A stretch of 64,000 nt of DNA from the NCBI GenBank assembly GCA_951406725.2, contig OX597837.1, positions 25,420,001 through 25,484,000 of the forward strand, read 5' to 3'. How positions within the stretch are numbered: position 1 is the first letter of the stretch; each line of letters starts with the position of its first letter. The stretch is from Octopus vulgaris (lineage: Eukaryota). Below are positions 25,257 to 37,263 of this stretch, in pieces. The notes beneath the pieces were generated by a model, which searched no databases, was not told the DNA's origin, and saw nothing but the letters and a program-made list of their open reading frames with translations. A program made the translations under genes and the position numbers.

Positions 25257-26566
25257 ATATATATATATATATATATATAATGTATGTGTGTATACATCCC
25301 ACTACATAAAAGCTTATTATTTGAACAATCATAGCTTAATCATTTAAGGAATGCAAATCTGATATTTGTATTATGTTTGTGTGTGCACATGTATATAAAT
25401 ATATATATGTGTCTCTTTGTCTTGACATTGCACAGTAGTTGTAAGCAAGTGTCACCATCATACAAGCAGTATTGTTTGTTTCCAATCTTCTGTGAAAACA
25501 TCTCCAGCCATGGAGAAGTATTACTTTGCTTGAAAACAGGTTAGTGTTGGTAATAAGAAGAACATCTGACCATTGAAAATCTGCCACTAAGAATTCCATT
25601 TGCCCTGTGCAGGCAGGAGAACAATGATGATGATATATAATTTATTGAAACTCAGTGACCATGCAGTACAATCTTCAAGCAAGAACGGTTAGAACTCAGT
25701 TAGGTGTAGGTATGGCTTGTATTTTGCACTTACTGATTGGCTGTTACTTTCTTGCATCTTCATTGGTTGTTTTGTGGTATGCAATCATTTTTCTTGTATT
25801 CATTGATGGGAGGTGAGACACATTTTTGATTTGCTTATTCATTCTAAGATTTATCTGTAAATCTATTTAATCTGTTTCTTTGTCAAGTTTGTTTTGATTA
25901 AGACTAGGTGATTGTGAAATTAATTCAGGACTAACCTGTTTTGTAAGACAAAACACTTGTCCAGAAAAAAAAACATAATAAAACAAAGTTAACGCAAAAG
26001 CAGCTTTAACTTGGATTAAGAGATAAATATAGTTTGAAGAAGCAAATTAAAAATGTCACCTGATTAACAAATAAACATTACACTTAAAAAACATAACCAA
26101 CAAATCAGAAAAATAGCCAGTCATCAAATACACAGCAGTAACCAATATAACAAAGGCAAGCCTGATGCCACATCCATACCAACAAATGTAAATATAACAA
26201 TAAAACTGAGTTATAGCAGTTCTCACATGAAGATTGCTGTGACATGAAACTCTTTGCAAAACAAGCAATGAATTTCCACAAGCCATGTACTCTAGAACAT
26301 GTTCGATGTTCCTCATTCATTGAACACAATTCAAGTATTTTATATTATATATAAGTGTGTATGTATAAATGTTTATATTAAGGGTGTTCATAATATTTTC
26401 AATGTACAGAGAAGTAGCTAAGTTTGACATGTTTGGATAGGCACTGCAAAGGGTTGCATATATATAGTATGGGTGTGTATGTACATACCATCATATAATG
26501 TGTTTCCCATGCTATATGTATGTGTACATTAGTAAGTGTATATAGACATTTATGTATCTCTATCTA

Positions 26567-26730
26567 TTGGCTTGGTGCATAATTATTGCGGCTTTTTTTC
26601 AACAAAAACATCTTTAAATGACCATCTGCCAAGCAAACGGGAAGCAGTAATTGAAGTAGATGTGGAATATGCTCCAGAATGATCATTTAAAGATGTTTTT
26701 GTTGAAAAAATCCGCAATAATTATGCACCA

Positions 26731-26736
<6 letters not shown>
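26567..26736. mobile_element. mariner-type MITE (MADE1-like TIR)
   Basis: TA flanks; TIR TTGG(C/G)TTGGTGCATAATTATTGCGG resembles the Hsmar1/MADE1 TIR TTAGGTTGGTGCAAAAGTAATTGCGG. Confidence 0.8.
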
Positions 26737-26766
<30 letters not shown>

Positions 26767-26901
26767 AAATAAGAAAATGGAGAAATACATCGAAATCAAA
26801 TATCAATTACCAGATAATACTCAATCACATACTTTATTAAACCACCACATAAGAAACTATAAGGTTAAACATAATAATGTAGAACAATATATATATATAT
26901 A

Positions 26902-27246
26902 TATTAGTGAATTGAAGAAATGGAGTTGAACGAAGATTAAACAGAAATCCTTTTATTGCATTCTACACGTGTTTCGAAAGCCACAATTTACCAAATTCCG
27001 ATTGGTAAATTGTAGCTTTCGAAACACGTGTAGAATGCAATAAAAGGATTTCTGTTCAATCTTCGTTCAACTCCATTTCTTCAATTCACTAATAATATTA
27101 AAATTCAATTATCCGCACCAACGCACGGTTGCAACACCATATGGTTGTACCTCCAACCGTGCTGTCTTCTGCTGTGATTTTTGCTACCAAGGTATCGGTT
27201 AAACTTTTGATTAATCTGCAACAAGATTATTCATCTTTCTATTTCA

Positions 27247-27250
<4 letters not shown>
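26902..27250. mobile_element. Asymmetric fold-back insert with a partial hammerhead 3' half (Penelope-like)
   Basis: ~90-bp arms 26902-27094, right arm extends ~155 nt further; GAAACACGTGTA at 27021-27032. Confidence 0.65.
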
Positions 27251-27281
<31 letters not shown>

Positions 27282-27902
27282 CAAATGTGTATGTATATGT
27301 ATATAGTGGAAGTGCATGGCTTAGTATTGGTGTGTCTATATCCTCATTTAACATCTGTTTTCCATGCTATATATATATATGAATGTGTTCATAAATAAGT
27401 GTATATATAATCTATATCCATCAATCATGCATATACACACACAAACGTGTATGTATATGATTATGTTGAAGTGCGTGGCTTAGTGGTTATGGTGTTGAAA
27501 CTCATTATTGTAAGGCTGTGATTTCAAATCCTGGACCGGGCGATGTGTGGTTTTCTTGAGCAAAACACTTTATTTCACATTGCACCAGTCCACTTAGCTG
27601 GCAAATAGAAGTAACTCTGAGTTGGATCAGCCGGATATATACATCCTGTGGTTTAGGTAGGACCATTGAGTCGTTTTTTTTTTGTTTAATGTATATTTAG
27701 ATGTTTATGTATATGTACATTTCCAAGCTAAGAGAAATTGTAGTCTTGGCCAGTGCCGGTGACATGTGAAAGGACATCCGGTGCACTCTATGGAGTGCCA
27801 AAACAGACTGGAGCCTGGTGCAGCTCTGGTCAAACTGGCTAACCAAAGCCAGCATGGAAAGCAGATGCTAAATGATGATGATGAAGATATATATATATAT
27901 AT

Positions 27903-28203
27903 GAGGCGCAATGGCCCAAAGGTTAGGGCGGCAGACTCGTGGTTGTAGGATCACGGTTTTGATTCCCAGACCGGGCATTGTGAGTGTTTATTGAGCGAAA
28001 ATACCTAAAGTTCCACGAAGCTCCAGCAGGGGGTGGTGGCGATCCCTGCTGTACTCTTTCGCCACAATTTTCTCTCACTCTTTCTTCTGTTGGCCTGCTA
28101 GCTTAGTCAGCGGGGTGGCGTCATTTGAAGGTTAAAACAATGCAAAGCGCATTGTGACCAGCGATGTGTACCAACATCTGATAGCTTGGTCGGTCACGGT
28201 GAT
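27903..28203 (+). mobile_element. tRNA-derived SINE family E
   Basis: GAGGCGCAATGGCCCAAAGGTTAGGGC A-box-like head, GGTTTTGATTCCC B-box-like, (TA)n flanks. Confidence 0.65.
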
Positions 28204-28526
28204 ATATATATATATATATATATATGGGAGAATGAGAGAGTTATATGTATGGATTCAGATATGTATCATCTTCTAACATCAATGTTCCATTTAGATATGG
28301 GTTGTGTATTCCGACAGAATTTATCAGGTCCCAGGACTGCATTGTGCTCTTCTTTAGGTTACTTTCAATGACTTGATACTCTTCCACAATTTACTGGGTG
28401 CTTTTTTTTTCTTGCCACCAACATTAATGAGGTTACCCTTGGAGCCTGCAAAACTAAGATCCCTTTCAACTGAGTGGGGCTATGGTGAAGCGGGAGGCAG
28501 CTTTGTGCTGTGAAGTAAGGGGTTAA

Positions 28527-28746
28527 CCCTTTCGTTACTGTATTTATTTTCAGATGTTTTGTGTTCCTTTCAATAACTTTAAATATAACAAAGAATTTAG
28601 TAAAATAACTTAGTTATCATCAAGCTTGTGTTAGGAACATAAATTGTGACAAAGGTTTGGTGGAAGATTTTAATTCAAAACTTATGAAAACAAGACTTTT
28701 GTACACAGTGCCAGAGCCGTTTTCAGCCGGGCTGGTAACGAAAGGG
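28527..28746. mobile_element. piggyBac-like MITE
   Basis: TTAA TSD and perfect 12-bp TIR CCCTTTCGTTAC/GTAACGAAAGGG. Confidence 0.9.
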
Positions 28747-28909
28747 TTAAAGTGAGAAAGGGCTAGAAGAGAACTGGTCTCTTGCAGTAAGGGGGCTTGA
28801 TTGTGAGTTACATTGTTGAAGAGAGGGTGGCAATAGTTGGGATTGGACTGAAAAGGGATGGAAATAAGAGGGGTCAGGAAAACAGGATGTTTAGGTTGGT
28901 AGATGCTGG

Positions 28910-29140
28910 AAGGCAGCGAGCTGGCAGAAGCGTTAGTGTGCCGGGCGAAATGCTTAGCGGTATTTCGTCTGCCGCTATGTTCTGAGTTCAAATTCCACCG
29001 AGGTCGACTTTGCCTTTCATCCTTTCAGGGTCGATTAAATAAGTACCAGTTACACACTGGGATTGATATAATCAATCCGTTTGTCTGTCCTTGTTTGTCC
29101 CCTCTCTGTGTAGCCCCTTGTGGGCAATGAAGAAATAAGC
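28910..29140 (+). mobile_element. tRNA-derived SINE family B
   Basis: AGGCAGCGAGCTGGCAGAA head, GAGTTCAAATTCC B box, GTGGGCAATGAAGAAATA tail. Confidence 0.85.
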
Positions 29141-29487
29141 TGGAAGAATGTATGAGAAAGTGAAAGATGGTTAGAGATAAGGGATAGATGAGGGATGATA
29201 AGTGGGGTAAGGAAGAGGGAAGTGTAGGTGAAAACTATAGAAACTGGTTTGGATTGAGGGGTGACTAATGATACATGAGATGTCTGGAGATAAAGGAAGA
29301 TTGATGAGTGATAATATTGAAAAGATGATAGGATGGTGAAGAGCAGCAAAATAATAGTAGTAGTTGTAGTACTAGTAATAATAATCCTTTCTGTTATAGG
29401 TACGAGGCCTGAAATTTGAGGGAGGGGGCTAATCGATTACACCAACCCCAGTGCTTGACTGGTACTTATTTTATTGATCCCAAAAAG

Positions 29488-29885
29488 ATGAAAGACAAAG
29501 TTAACCTTGGCGGGATTTGAACTCAGAACATAAAGATGAACAAAATGCCACTTAACATTTTGCTCGGTGTGCTGACAATTCTGCCAGCTCACCATAATAA
29601 TAATAATAATTGTAATTATAATTACCTTTCACAAGGAGAAAAGGAAGATGTATGTGTATGTATATATATATATATATATAGATATATATATATATGAAAG
29701 ACAAAGTTAACCTTGGCGGGATTCAAATGAATATGGTACTTAATTTAGATGCACCAGAATTCTGTATGGTGTTATCCATAAAAATCTGCTCGGTGTGCTG
29801 ACAATTCTGCCAGCTCACCATAATAATAATAATAATTGTAATTATAATTACGTACACAAGGAGAAAAGGAAGATGTATGCGTATG

Positions 29886-29925
<40 letters not shown>

Positions 29926-30013
29926 TAAGTTCAGCAAAAATTTAGATTCAAATGAATATGGTACTTAATTTAGATGCACCAGAATTCTGTATGGTGTTAT
30001 CCATAAAAATCTG
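29488..30013 (+). repeat. Mosaic local duplication (A..B, A-C-B, C)
   Basis: A 29488-29517 = 29694-29723; B 29561-29680 = 29787-29910; C 29720-29788 = 29945-30013. Confidence 0.8.
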
Positions 30014-30023
30014 TAGGGGTGAT

Positions 30024-30403
30024 TATAATCAAAATAAGCAACAAGAATGACTCCGGTAATTTGGTATGATCGTTTCGTACTACATCATTTTATTAAATGT
30101 TGTAAGTATTACCGGAGTCATTCTTGTTGCTTATTTTGATTATATATATATTTATAGATAGATAGATAGATATAGATACTAAAGATTATTTGCTAACATA
30201 ATGTGGCAGTCTTGGTTAGGATGATTGTTACTGTTATTCAACTCCAGGAAACATTATCTCCAGCTGGCTATACGACACAGTATCTGCATCAGGATGCAGA
30301 TAGTGTGTCATATAGCCAGCTGGAGATGATGTTTGCTGAGGCTGAATAGCAGTAGCAATCGTCCTCACCAAGACTGCCACATTATGTTCGCAAATAATCT
30401 TTA
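30024..30403. mobile_element. Two adjacent fold-back inserts (30024-30144; 30180-30403)
   Basis: Inverted arms of ~37 bp and ~110 bp. Confidence 0.6.
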
Positions 30404-30501
30404 CTCTAGAGTACTGTTATTGTATGTCTCCCATTCAGAGATTTACAAATAGTAATTTTCTATTTATATATATAATCTAGATAAGTTGAGATATATATAT
30501 A

Positions 30502-30881
30502 TGGCTGTGTGGTAAGTAGCTTGTCTACCAACCACATGGTTCCGGGTTCAGTCCCACTGTGTGGCATCTTGGGCAAGTGTCTTCTGCTATAGCCTCGGGC
30601 TGACCAAAGCCTTGTGAGTGGATTTGGTAGATGGAAACTGAAAGAAGCCCGTCGTATATATGTATATATATGTGTGTTTGTGTGTCTGTGTTTGTCCCCC
30701 TAGCATTGCTTGACAACCGATGCTGGTGTGTTTATGTCCCCGTTACTTAGTGGTTCGGCAAAAGAGACTGATAGAATAAGTACTGGGCTTACAAAAGAAT
30801 AAGTCCCAGGGTCGAGTTGCTCGATTAAAGGTGGTGCTCCACATGGCCACAGTCAAATGACTGAAACAAGTAAAAAAGAGT
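30502..30881 (+). mobile_element. SINE family A
   Basis: Family match. Confidence 0.9.
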
Positions 30882-31242
30882 ATATATATAATGTGGATAA
30901 ATCGATATATATATGTGTGTGAGTGGATAGATTGATATTTATATACATAAGTGTGTATATATTATTATTTTAATGTCTATTTTTCCATGTTTGCATGGAT
31001 CAACCAAAACTACATTGGGGCAGAGTTTTCTATAGCCAGTTCCTTTCTCAATGTCAGTACTCACCTGCTCCCTAGTAAGATAAGAACACCCTGTCTAATA
31101 TTACATAATATTATATACCTGATGTATAATACAGTATTACATGTAGGTAGATGTAATATAATATATCGTGCAATAATTATTTTATTGCATGCTATATTGT
31201 GTAATATTTGATATTATGCAATCTTTATTGGATATGCTTATT

Positions 31243-32386
31243 GGATCTTTACCCTTTGAATGGCAGACTTAGAAATTAATTTTTTGTAACTAAAATAGGC
31301 GTAGGAGTGGCTGTGTGGTAAGTAGCTTGTTTACCAACCACATGGTTCCAGGTTCAGTCCCACTGCGTGGCACCTTGGGCAAGTGTCTTCTGCTATAGCC
31401 TCGCGCCGACCAAAGCCTTGTGAGTGGATTTGGGAGATGGAAACTGAAAGAAGCCCGTCGTATATATGTATATATATATATATGTGTGTGTGTATATGTT
31501 TGTATGTCTGGGTTTGTACCCCCCAACATCACTTGACAACCGATGCTGGTGTGTTTACATCACCGTAAATTAGCAGTTCGGCAAAAGAGATCGATAGAAT
31601 AAGTACTGGGCTTACAAAGAATAAGTCCTAGGGTCGATTTGCTCGACTAAAGGCGGTGCTCCAGCATGGCCACAGTCAAATGACTGAAACAAGTAAAAGA
31701 GTAAAGAGTAAACACTTTCAAACTTTGGACACTGGTAGAATGTGTCATATAAGACATCTTTTACTCTTAGTGTTGTTGAGAAAAGTTTGTATTTTCAAAG
31801 TTATTTTGTGTTAAAGTTGCCATATTTCAACCAGCCAGTGACATGTATTCAGCTGAATAAACGAGTGTATCTGAAGTATTTTAACTTCAGGGCACCACAA
31901 TCGTTCATGCATTTCTACAGCTTTTAGGGTTTTTTTCCTGTTTTTCAGCTACTATTTTTGGAAAGACTTTTTTGCTCCCCCTATCCCACCCCCTCCAATT
32001 TCTTCATTTTTTTAACTTTTTTCTGTAACTCTAACCCTAAAACCCTAACCCTAACCCTAAAAATCCTAGCCCACACCTTAAAACCCTAAAGCTATAACCA
32101 GTACAAACGCACAAATGATGTCATAAATAACAGTGACAAGCGAAATATACACTGCCGATAGTTGATGTTGACAAGCAATGGCAGCAATTTTATTCAGCTG
32201 AATACACGTCATTGATTGGTTGAAATTACCGAAATAGGACTACTTTAACACGAAATGACTTTGAAAATATAAACTTTTCTCAACAACACTAAGAGTAAAA
32301 GATGTTTTATATGAGACATTCTACCAGTGTCCGAAATTTGAAAGTGTTTAATTACAAAAAATTAATTTCAAAATTTGCCGTTCAAA
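31243..32386. mobile_element. GGATC-terminal MITE with long TIRs and internal (CCCTAA)n, interrupted by a SINE
   Basis: GGATCTTTACCCTTTGAATGGCAG start; long inverted arms 31711-31870 / 32190-32350; telomere-like tract ~32026-32090; right terminus truncated. Confidence 0.75.
31297..31711 (+). mobile_element. SINE family A nested in a MITE
   Basis: Family match. Confidence 0.9.
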
Positions 32387-32481
32387 TAGCATGTGCAATA
32401 TATATATATATATATATAATATTGTGTAATGTATTAAAATATATAATCTACATTATGAAGTATATGTTACATATATATATA

Positions 32482-32857
32482 TACTCTTTTACTTGTTTCA
32501 GTCATTTGACAGTGGGCATGCTGGTGCACCGCCTTTAGTCGAGCAAATCGACCCCAGGACTTATTCTTTGTAAGCCTAGTACTTATTCTATCGGCCTCTT
32601 TTGCTGAACCACTAAGTGACGGGGATGTAAACACACCAGCATCGGTTGTCAAGTGATGTTGGGGAGACAAACACAGACACACAAACATATACATATACAT
32701 ATATATATATACATATATACGACCGGCTTCTTTCAGTTTCCGTCTACCAAATCCACTCACAAGGTTTTGGTCAGCCCGATGCTATAGTAGAAGACACTTG
32801 CCCAAGGTGCCACGCAGTGGGACTGAACCCAGAACCATGTGGTTGGTAAACAAGCTA
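32482..32857 (-). mobile_element. SINE family A
   Basis: Family match. Confidence 0.9.
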
Positions 32858-33095
32858 TATATTCTGTGTTAAATTAAGAAACGGTCAGAAGTGCAAATTC
32901 TGTAAATAATAATTATAAGCTTTAAGCTTATAAAGATTCACTGTAAACTGACTATATAAAATAGTTTAATTTAGTTTCCCTTGAAGGAAAAAATTGGGCA
33001 GAATTCTGCTTTATGCATGACATATAAACCCTCATAACTTTTTCATCTTTTGGAATTTTCAGAAAATTTTTATATATTTGTATTCTACACAAGAT

Positions 33096-33502
33096 AGGCA
33101 CAGGAGTGGCTGTGTAGTATGTAGCTTGTTTACTAACCACATGGTTCCGGGTTCAGTCCCACTGCGTGGCATCTTGGGCAAGTGTCTTCTGCTATAGCCC
33201 CGGGCCGACCAATGCCTTGTGAGTGGATTTGGTAGACGGAAACTGAAAGAAGCCTGTCGTATATATGTTTATATATATGTGTGTGTTTGTGTGTTTGTTC
33301 CCCTAGCATTGCTTGATAACCGATGCTGGTGTGTTTACGTCCCCGTCACTTAGCGGTTCGGCAAAAAGAGACCGATAGAATAAGTACTGGGCTTACAAAA
33401 AAGAATAAGTCCCGGGGTTGATTTGCTCGACTAAAGGCGGTGCTCCAGCATGGCCGCAGTCAAATGACTGAAACAAGTAAAAGAGTAAAGAGTAAAAGAG
33501 TA
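33096..33502 (+). mobile_element. SINE family A
   Basis: Family match; possible AAGATA TSD. Confidence 0.9.
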
Positions 33503-34026
33503 AGATATCATATGACTATTTTTCAAAATTTAAAAACATTTTGTTTTTAATTTTTTGAAATTCTTTTTTTTAATTCCCAGTTTGAAATGCAGACAGTCCA
33601 AATTTTTTGGCTTAAATCTCAACATTGGACCATTAAATGTGTTTACGGGGAGAACAATATTGGAAAACATCAATACGTCAGAGTGTCGAACAAACAATGA
33701 CGGTATGAGGTAGTCATGAGATATGCTAAAATCAACAGCTAAATACCCCTTAAATGTAAAACACAAATTCCCTAAAATTTCCTGAAAATTCCAAAAATAG
33801 AAAAGTTATGGAGTATATACCATGAGTAAAACAGAATTTTACCAAAAATTGGATATTATAGTATGCATGGGAATCGAACCCACACTTCTTATTTTCATGA
33901 TAAAAGATGTGGGTTCAATTCCCACTCATACTAATACCCATTTTTTTTCCATTGAGGGCTTATATACCCCAATATTAAACTATTTTCTGTAACCAGTATA
34001 CAGTGAACACTTTATAAGTTTAAAGC

Positions 34027-34444
34027 TTACTCTTTACTCTTTTACTTGTTTCAGTCATTTGACTGCAGCCATGATGGAGCACCGCCTTTAATCGAGCAAC
34101 TTGACCCCAGGACTTATTCTTTTGTAAGCCCAGTACTTATTCTATCGGTTTCTTTTGCTGAACCGCTAAGTAACGGGGACGTAAACACACTACCATCGGC
34201 TGTCAAGCAATGCTAGGCGGGACAAACACAGACACACAAACACACACACGCATACATATATATATATACATATATACGATGGGCTTCTTTCAGTTTCCGT
34301 CTACCAAATCCACTCACAAGGCTTTGGTCGGCCCGAGGCTATAGTAGAAGACACTTATTTGCCCAAGGTGCCACGCAGTGGGACTGAACCCGGAACTATG
34401 TGGTTGGTAAACAAGCTACTTACCACACAGCCACGCCTGTGCCT
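34027..34444 (-). mobile_element. SINE family A
   Basis: Family match. Confidence 0.9.
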
Positions 34445-35084
34445 TATAATAATTTTTTACAGAATGTATATTAACAGGGAGAAAGATATGTCCTCATGGT
34501 TGTTTTAATGTCCATATTTCTGTGCTTCCATGGGCTGGTTGGAATTTGGTGTGGCAGATGTCCTACAGCTGGATGCCTTTCCTGTTGCTCATCTTCATGT
34601 GTTTCCAAATAAGGTTGTATTATTCATTGGCTGGACAGATTTTCCCAAAAGGTTGGAAATGGAGGGCGCCACTTGTTTACAGTCATTACACGATGTCCTC
34701 AATAGGGTGCAATGCATGCATGCACACATACACACACACTCACATACACACAGACCTTTGGTCTTTTACTGGTTTCAGTCATTGGACTGTGACCATACTG
34801 GAGCACTACCTAGATGGGTTTAGTCAAATTATCATCAGTATGTAATTTTTCTTAAACCTGGTACTTATTGTCTTGGTCTTGTTTATTGATGCATTAATTT
34901 AAAAGGTTGTAAACAAACCAACATCTCCAGTTGTGAAGCAGTTGGCAAGTGGAGAGTGAGGATACGTGTGTATGTGTTTATATATATATGTATATATATA
35001 TATAGGCACAGAAGTTGCTGTGTGGTAAGTAGCTTGTTTCCGAAAGTCATGGGAGCTGTGCTGTTTTCTAACTTTGTAAATATG

Positions 35085-35385
35085 TCCACGGGTGGAGTTT
35101 GAAAAGGTGCTCAGAGTTATTGTTTGTAAGATGGTTGATAATTTTATGGGTGTCTGCCAAGTCAGCTGCCAGACGTCGGAGTTTCAATGTGTCCATGCCC
35201 AGGGAAGTAAGGCGTTCAGAATATGGCAAATGCCTGATGGAGGGTATTCTTTTGGTTGCACGTCGCTGAACGGCTTCCAGACGATTGATATCGTTGGCAA
35301 GATAGGGGTTCCATACCGGTGGTGCAAATTCCAGGTGAGGTCTTACCATAGCTATATAAAGCCGCAGATAGATAGTGTATAAACA
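35085..35385 (-). mobile_element. CR1-clade LINE ORF2 C-terminal fragment
   Basis: LYIAMVRPHLEFAPPVWNPY..LEAVQRRATKRI..YSERLTSLGMDTLKLRR, the typical CR1/L2 post-RT region. Confidence 0.88.
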
Positions 35386-35529
35386 CTGAAAATAATAGTA
35401 TAATCCAGCATTTCTCAACAGGGTTTCCGCAAAAGGTTCCTAGGGGTTCTGCGAGAAAGAGTGAGATAAGCTAATGCTAATTTCATGATTGTATTATTAC
35501 TATACATGTGCAACATATTGGTTATTGAA

Positions 35530-36088
35530 AACTTGGGACAAGGTGGTGAAGCACGACCTTCGAACTTTAGGTTTCACTGAGGAAATGACCAGCGACCGAG
35601 ACCTTTGGAAATATGCTGTGTGTGAAAAGACCAGGCAGGACAAGTGAGTCCAGCCCACTTATGCATGCCTTTCCTCTCTTGGACACACAAAGACCTGTTG
35701 AGGCAAGCGAAGTCGATATCGAACCAATCCTATGACTGGCACCCGGCAGATGCCAGGACCCCTGGACTGGAGATATGTAAAAAGCACTATTCGAATCGTG
35801 GCTGAAGCCAGTGCCACCTCGACTGGCTTCCGTGCAGGTGGCATGTAAAATACACCAATCCGACCGTGGACGATGCCAGCTCCGCCTGGCACCAGTACAG
35901 GTGGCACGTAAAAAGCACCCACTACACTCACGGAGTGGTTGGCGTTAGGAAGGGCATCCAACTGTAGAAACATTGCCAGATAAGACCAGAGCCTGGTGCA
36001 GCCTTCTGGCTTCCCAGATCCCCGGTCGATCCGTTCAACCCATGCTAGCATGGAGAACGGACGTTAAACGATGATGATGATGATGATG
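35530..36088 (+). mobile_element. RTE-1 LINE 3' end
   Basis: KTWDKVVKHDL-coding tail, 3'UTR and (GAT)n. Confidence 0.85.
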
Positions 36089-36185
36089 TAATATAGACGT
36101 TGTACTATCTAACCTATTATGTTATCCAAAAAATATAACAACCATTGGGGATATATTTAGTGATGTCTGTAATTTATGGACATCC

Positions 36186-36218
<33 letters not shown>

Positions 36219-36349
36219 ATTTGATATTTACTACATGAACTACAATGAAAAAATATAAGATATGGTATATAATTTTTTTGTGCAGAGGTTCCTTGAGACA
36301 TGTAATTTATTTTAAGAGTTACACAAGGGTAAAAGAAGCTTGAGAGGCG

Positions 36350-36700
36350 GTTGGATGGAGCTTACACTTGCCTCCTTATGAGAGCTCAAAATCTCTCGTG
36401 GAAGCGCCATCCAACCAAAGTACAAACATATGGGAAACTACCACCTGTATCATCTCTTGTGAAAGGCAGGAGAGTCCAGTTTGCTGGACATTGTTGTAGA
36501 GCTGAAAACGAGGCAATTTTTACCCTTCTCCTCTGGAAGCCATCTACTTGCGATACCAGAGGGCGCACACTCTCCTACCCTGATGTAATCTCCAGAGATA
36601 CAGGCATCCAGCAACAGGATCTCCGTAATGCTATGATGGACCATGAAGTCTGGCATAGCATAGTAAATTCCATTGTCTTGACCACGGTTGAACAGTGATG
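36350..36700 (+). mobile_element. RTE-clade LINE (family RTE-2) ORF C-terminus
   Basis: LSWKRHPT..RRVQFAGHCCR..LLLWKP..RGR..AMMDHEVW. Confidence 0.8.
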
Positions 36701-36860
36701 TGAAGGGTAAAAAGGTTAAGAAACACTGATATAATCATAGGAAACTAGCTACGGTGTGTATCAATAAATTCATTGACAAAATGTAGAAGTTTCATGGCAA
36801 AATAATTTATTCCATTTTGTGAACTTTTTTCTAAATATGAAGCGTTTTATTATCATCTAA

Positions 36861-37263
36861 TTAGCAATAGAGGCAATATTAATACTGAGATGCCAAGCTG
36901 CATCGGCCTTTGCCTTTCCCTTGGATAATACTGGTTGTGTGGAGAGGGGAGGCCGGTATGCATGGGTGATTGCTGGTCTTCCATAAATAACCTTGCCCAA
37001 ACTTATGCCTGGGAGGGTAACTTTTTAAGTACAATCCCATGATCAGTCATGACCGAAGGGGGTCTCAGTATTACAGACTAAACTACAGAAGCTATTTGGG
37101 TGGACGATGATCTACTACAACGTCCAGTTGTGAGGTTTGACAACATATCAGTCACTAGTCTGTCTTCTTCAAGAGTTCATTCAGGGATAATTTCAACCTT
37201 GAGAACAAAAGGAAATTGAGAAACAACTGTGAGACTGTTGCACAGAACTGAAAATAGAATTTC
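36861..37263 (+). repeat. ~400-bp segment duplicated at 45667-46070 (includes a SINE-D tail)
   Basis: Near-identical sequence including unique flank. Confidence 0.88.

Larger units (their letters stand above)
32897..34464. mobile_element. Old inverted-repeat element interrupted by two SINEs
   Basis: ATTCTGTAAA..ATTATAAGCTTTAAGCTTATAAAG..TTCACTGTA mirrored at 33994-34029 plus 34444-34464; related pieces at ~57670-57750 and ~58770-58830. Confidence 0.5.
35406..36728. mobile_element. hAT-like MITE carrying two nested RTE fragments
   Basis: CAGCATTTCTCAAC ... GTTAAGAAACACTG; TSD GTATAATC/ATATAATC (7/8). Confidence 0.7.

Noticed and set aside
32026-32090. (CCCTAA)n as a chromosome end or fusion scar
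   Set aside because: Short, degenerate and internal to a MITE
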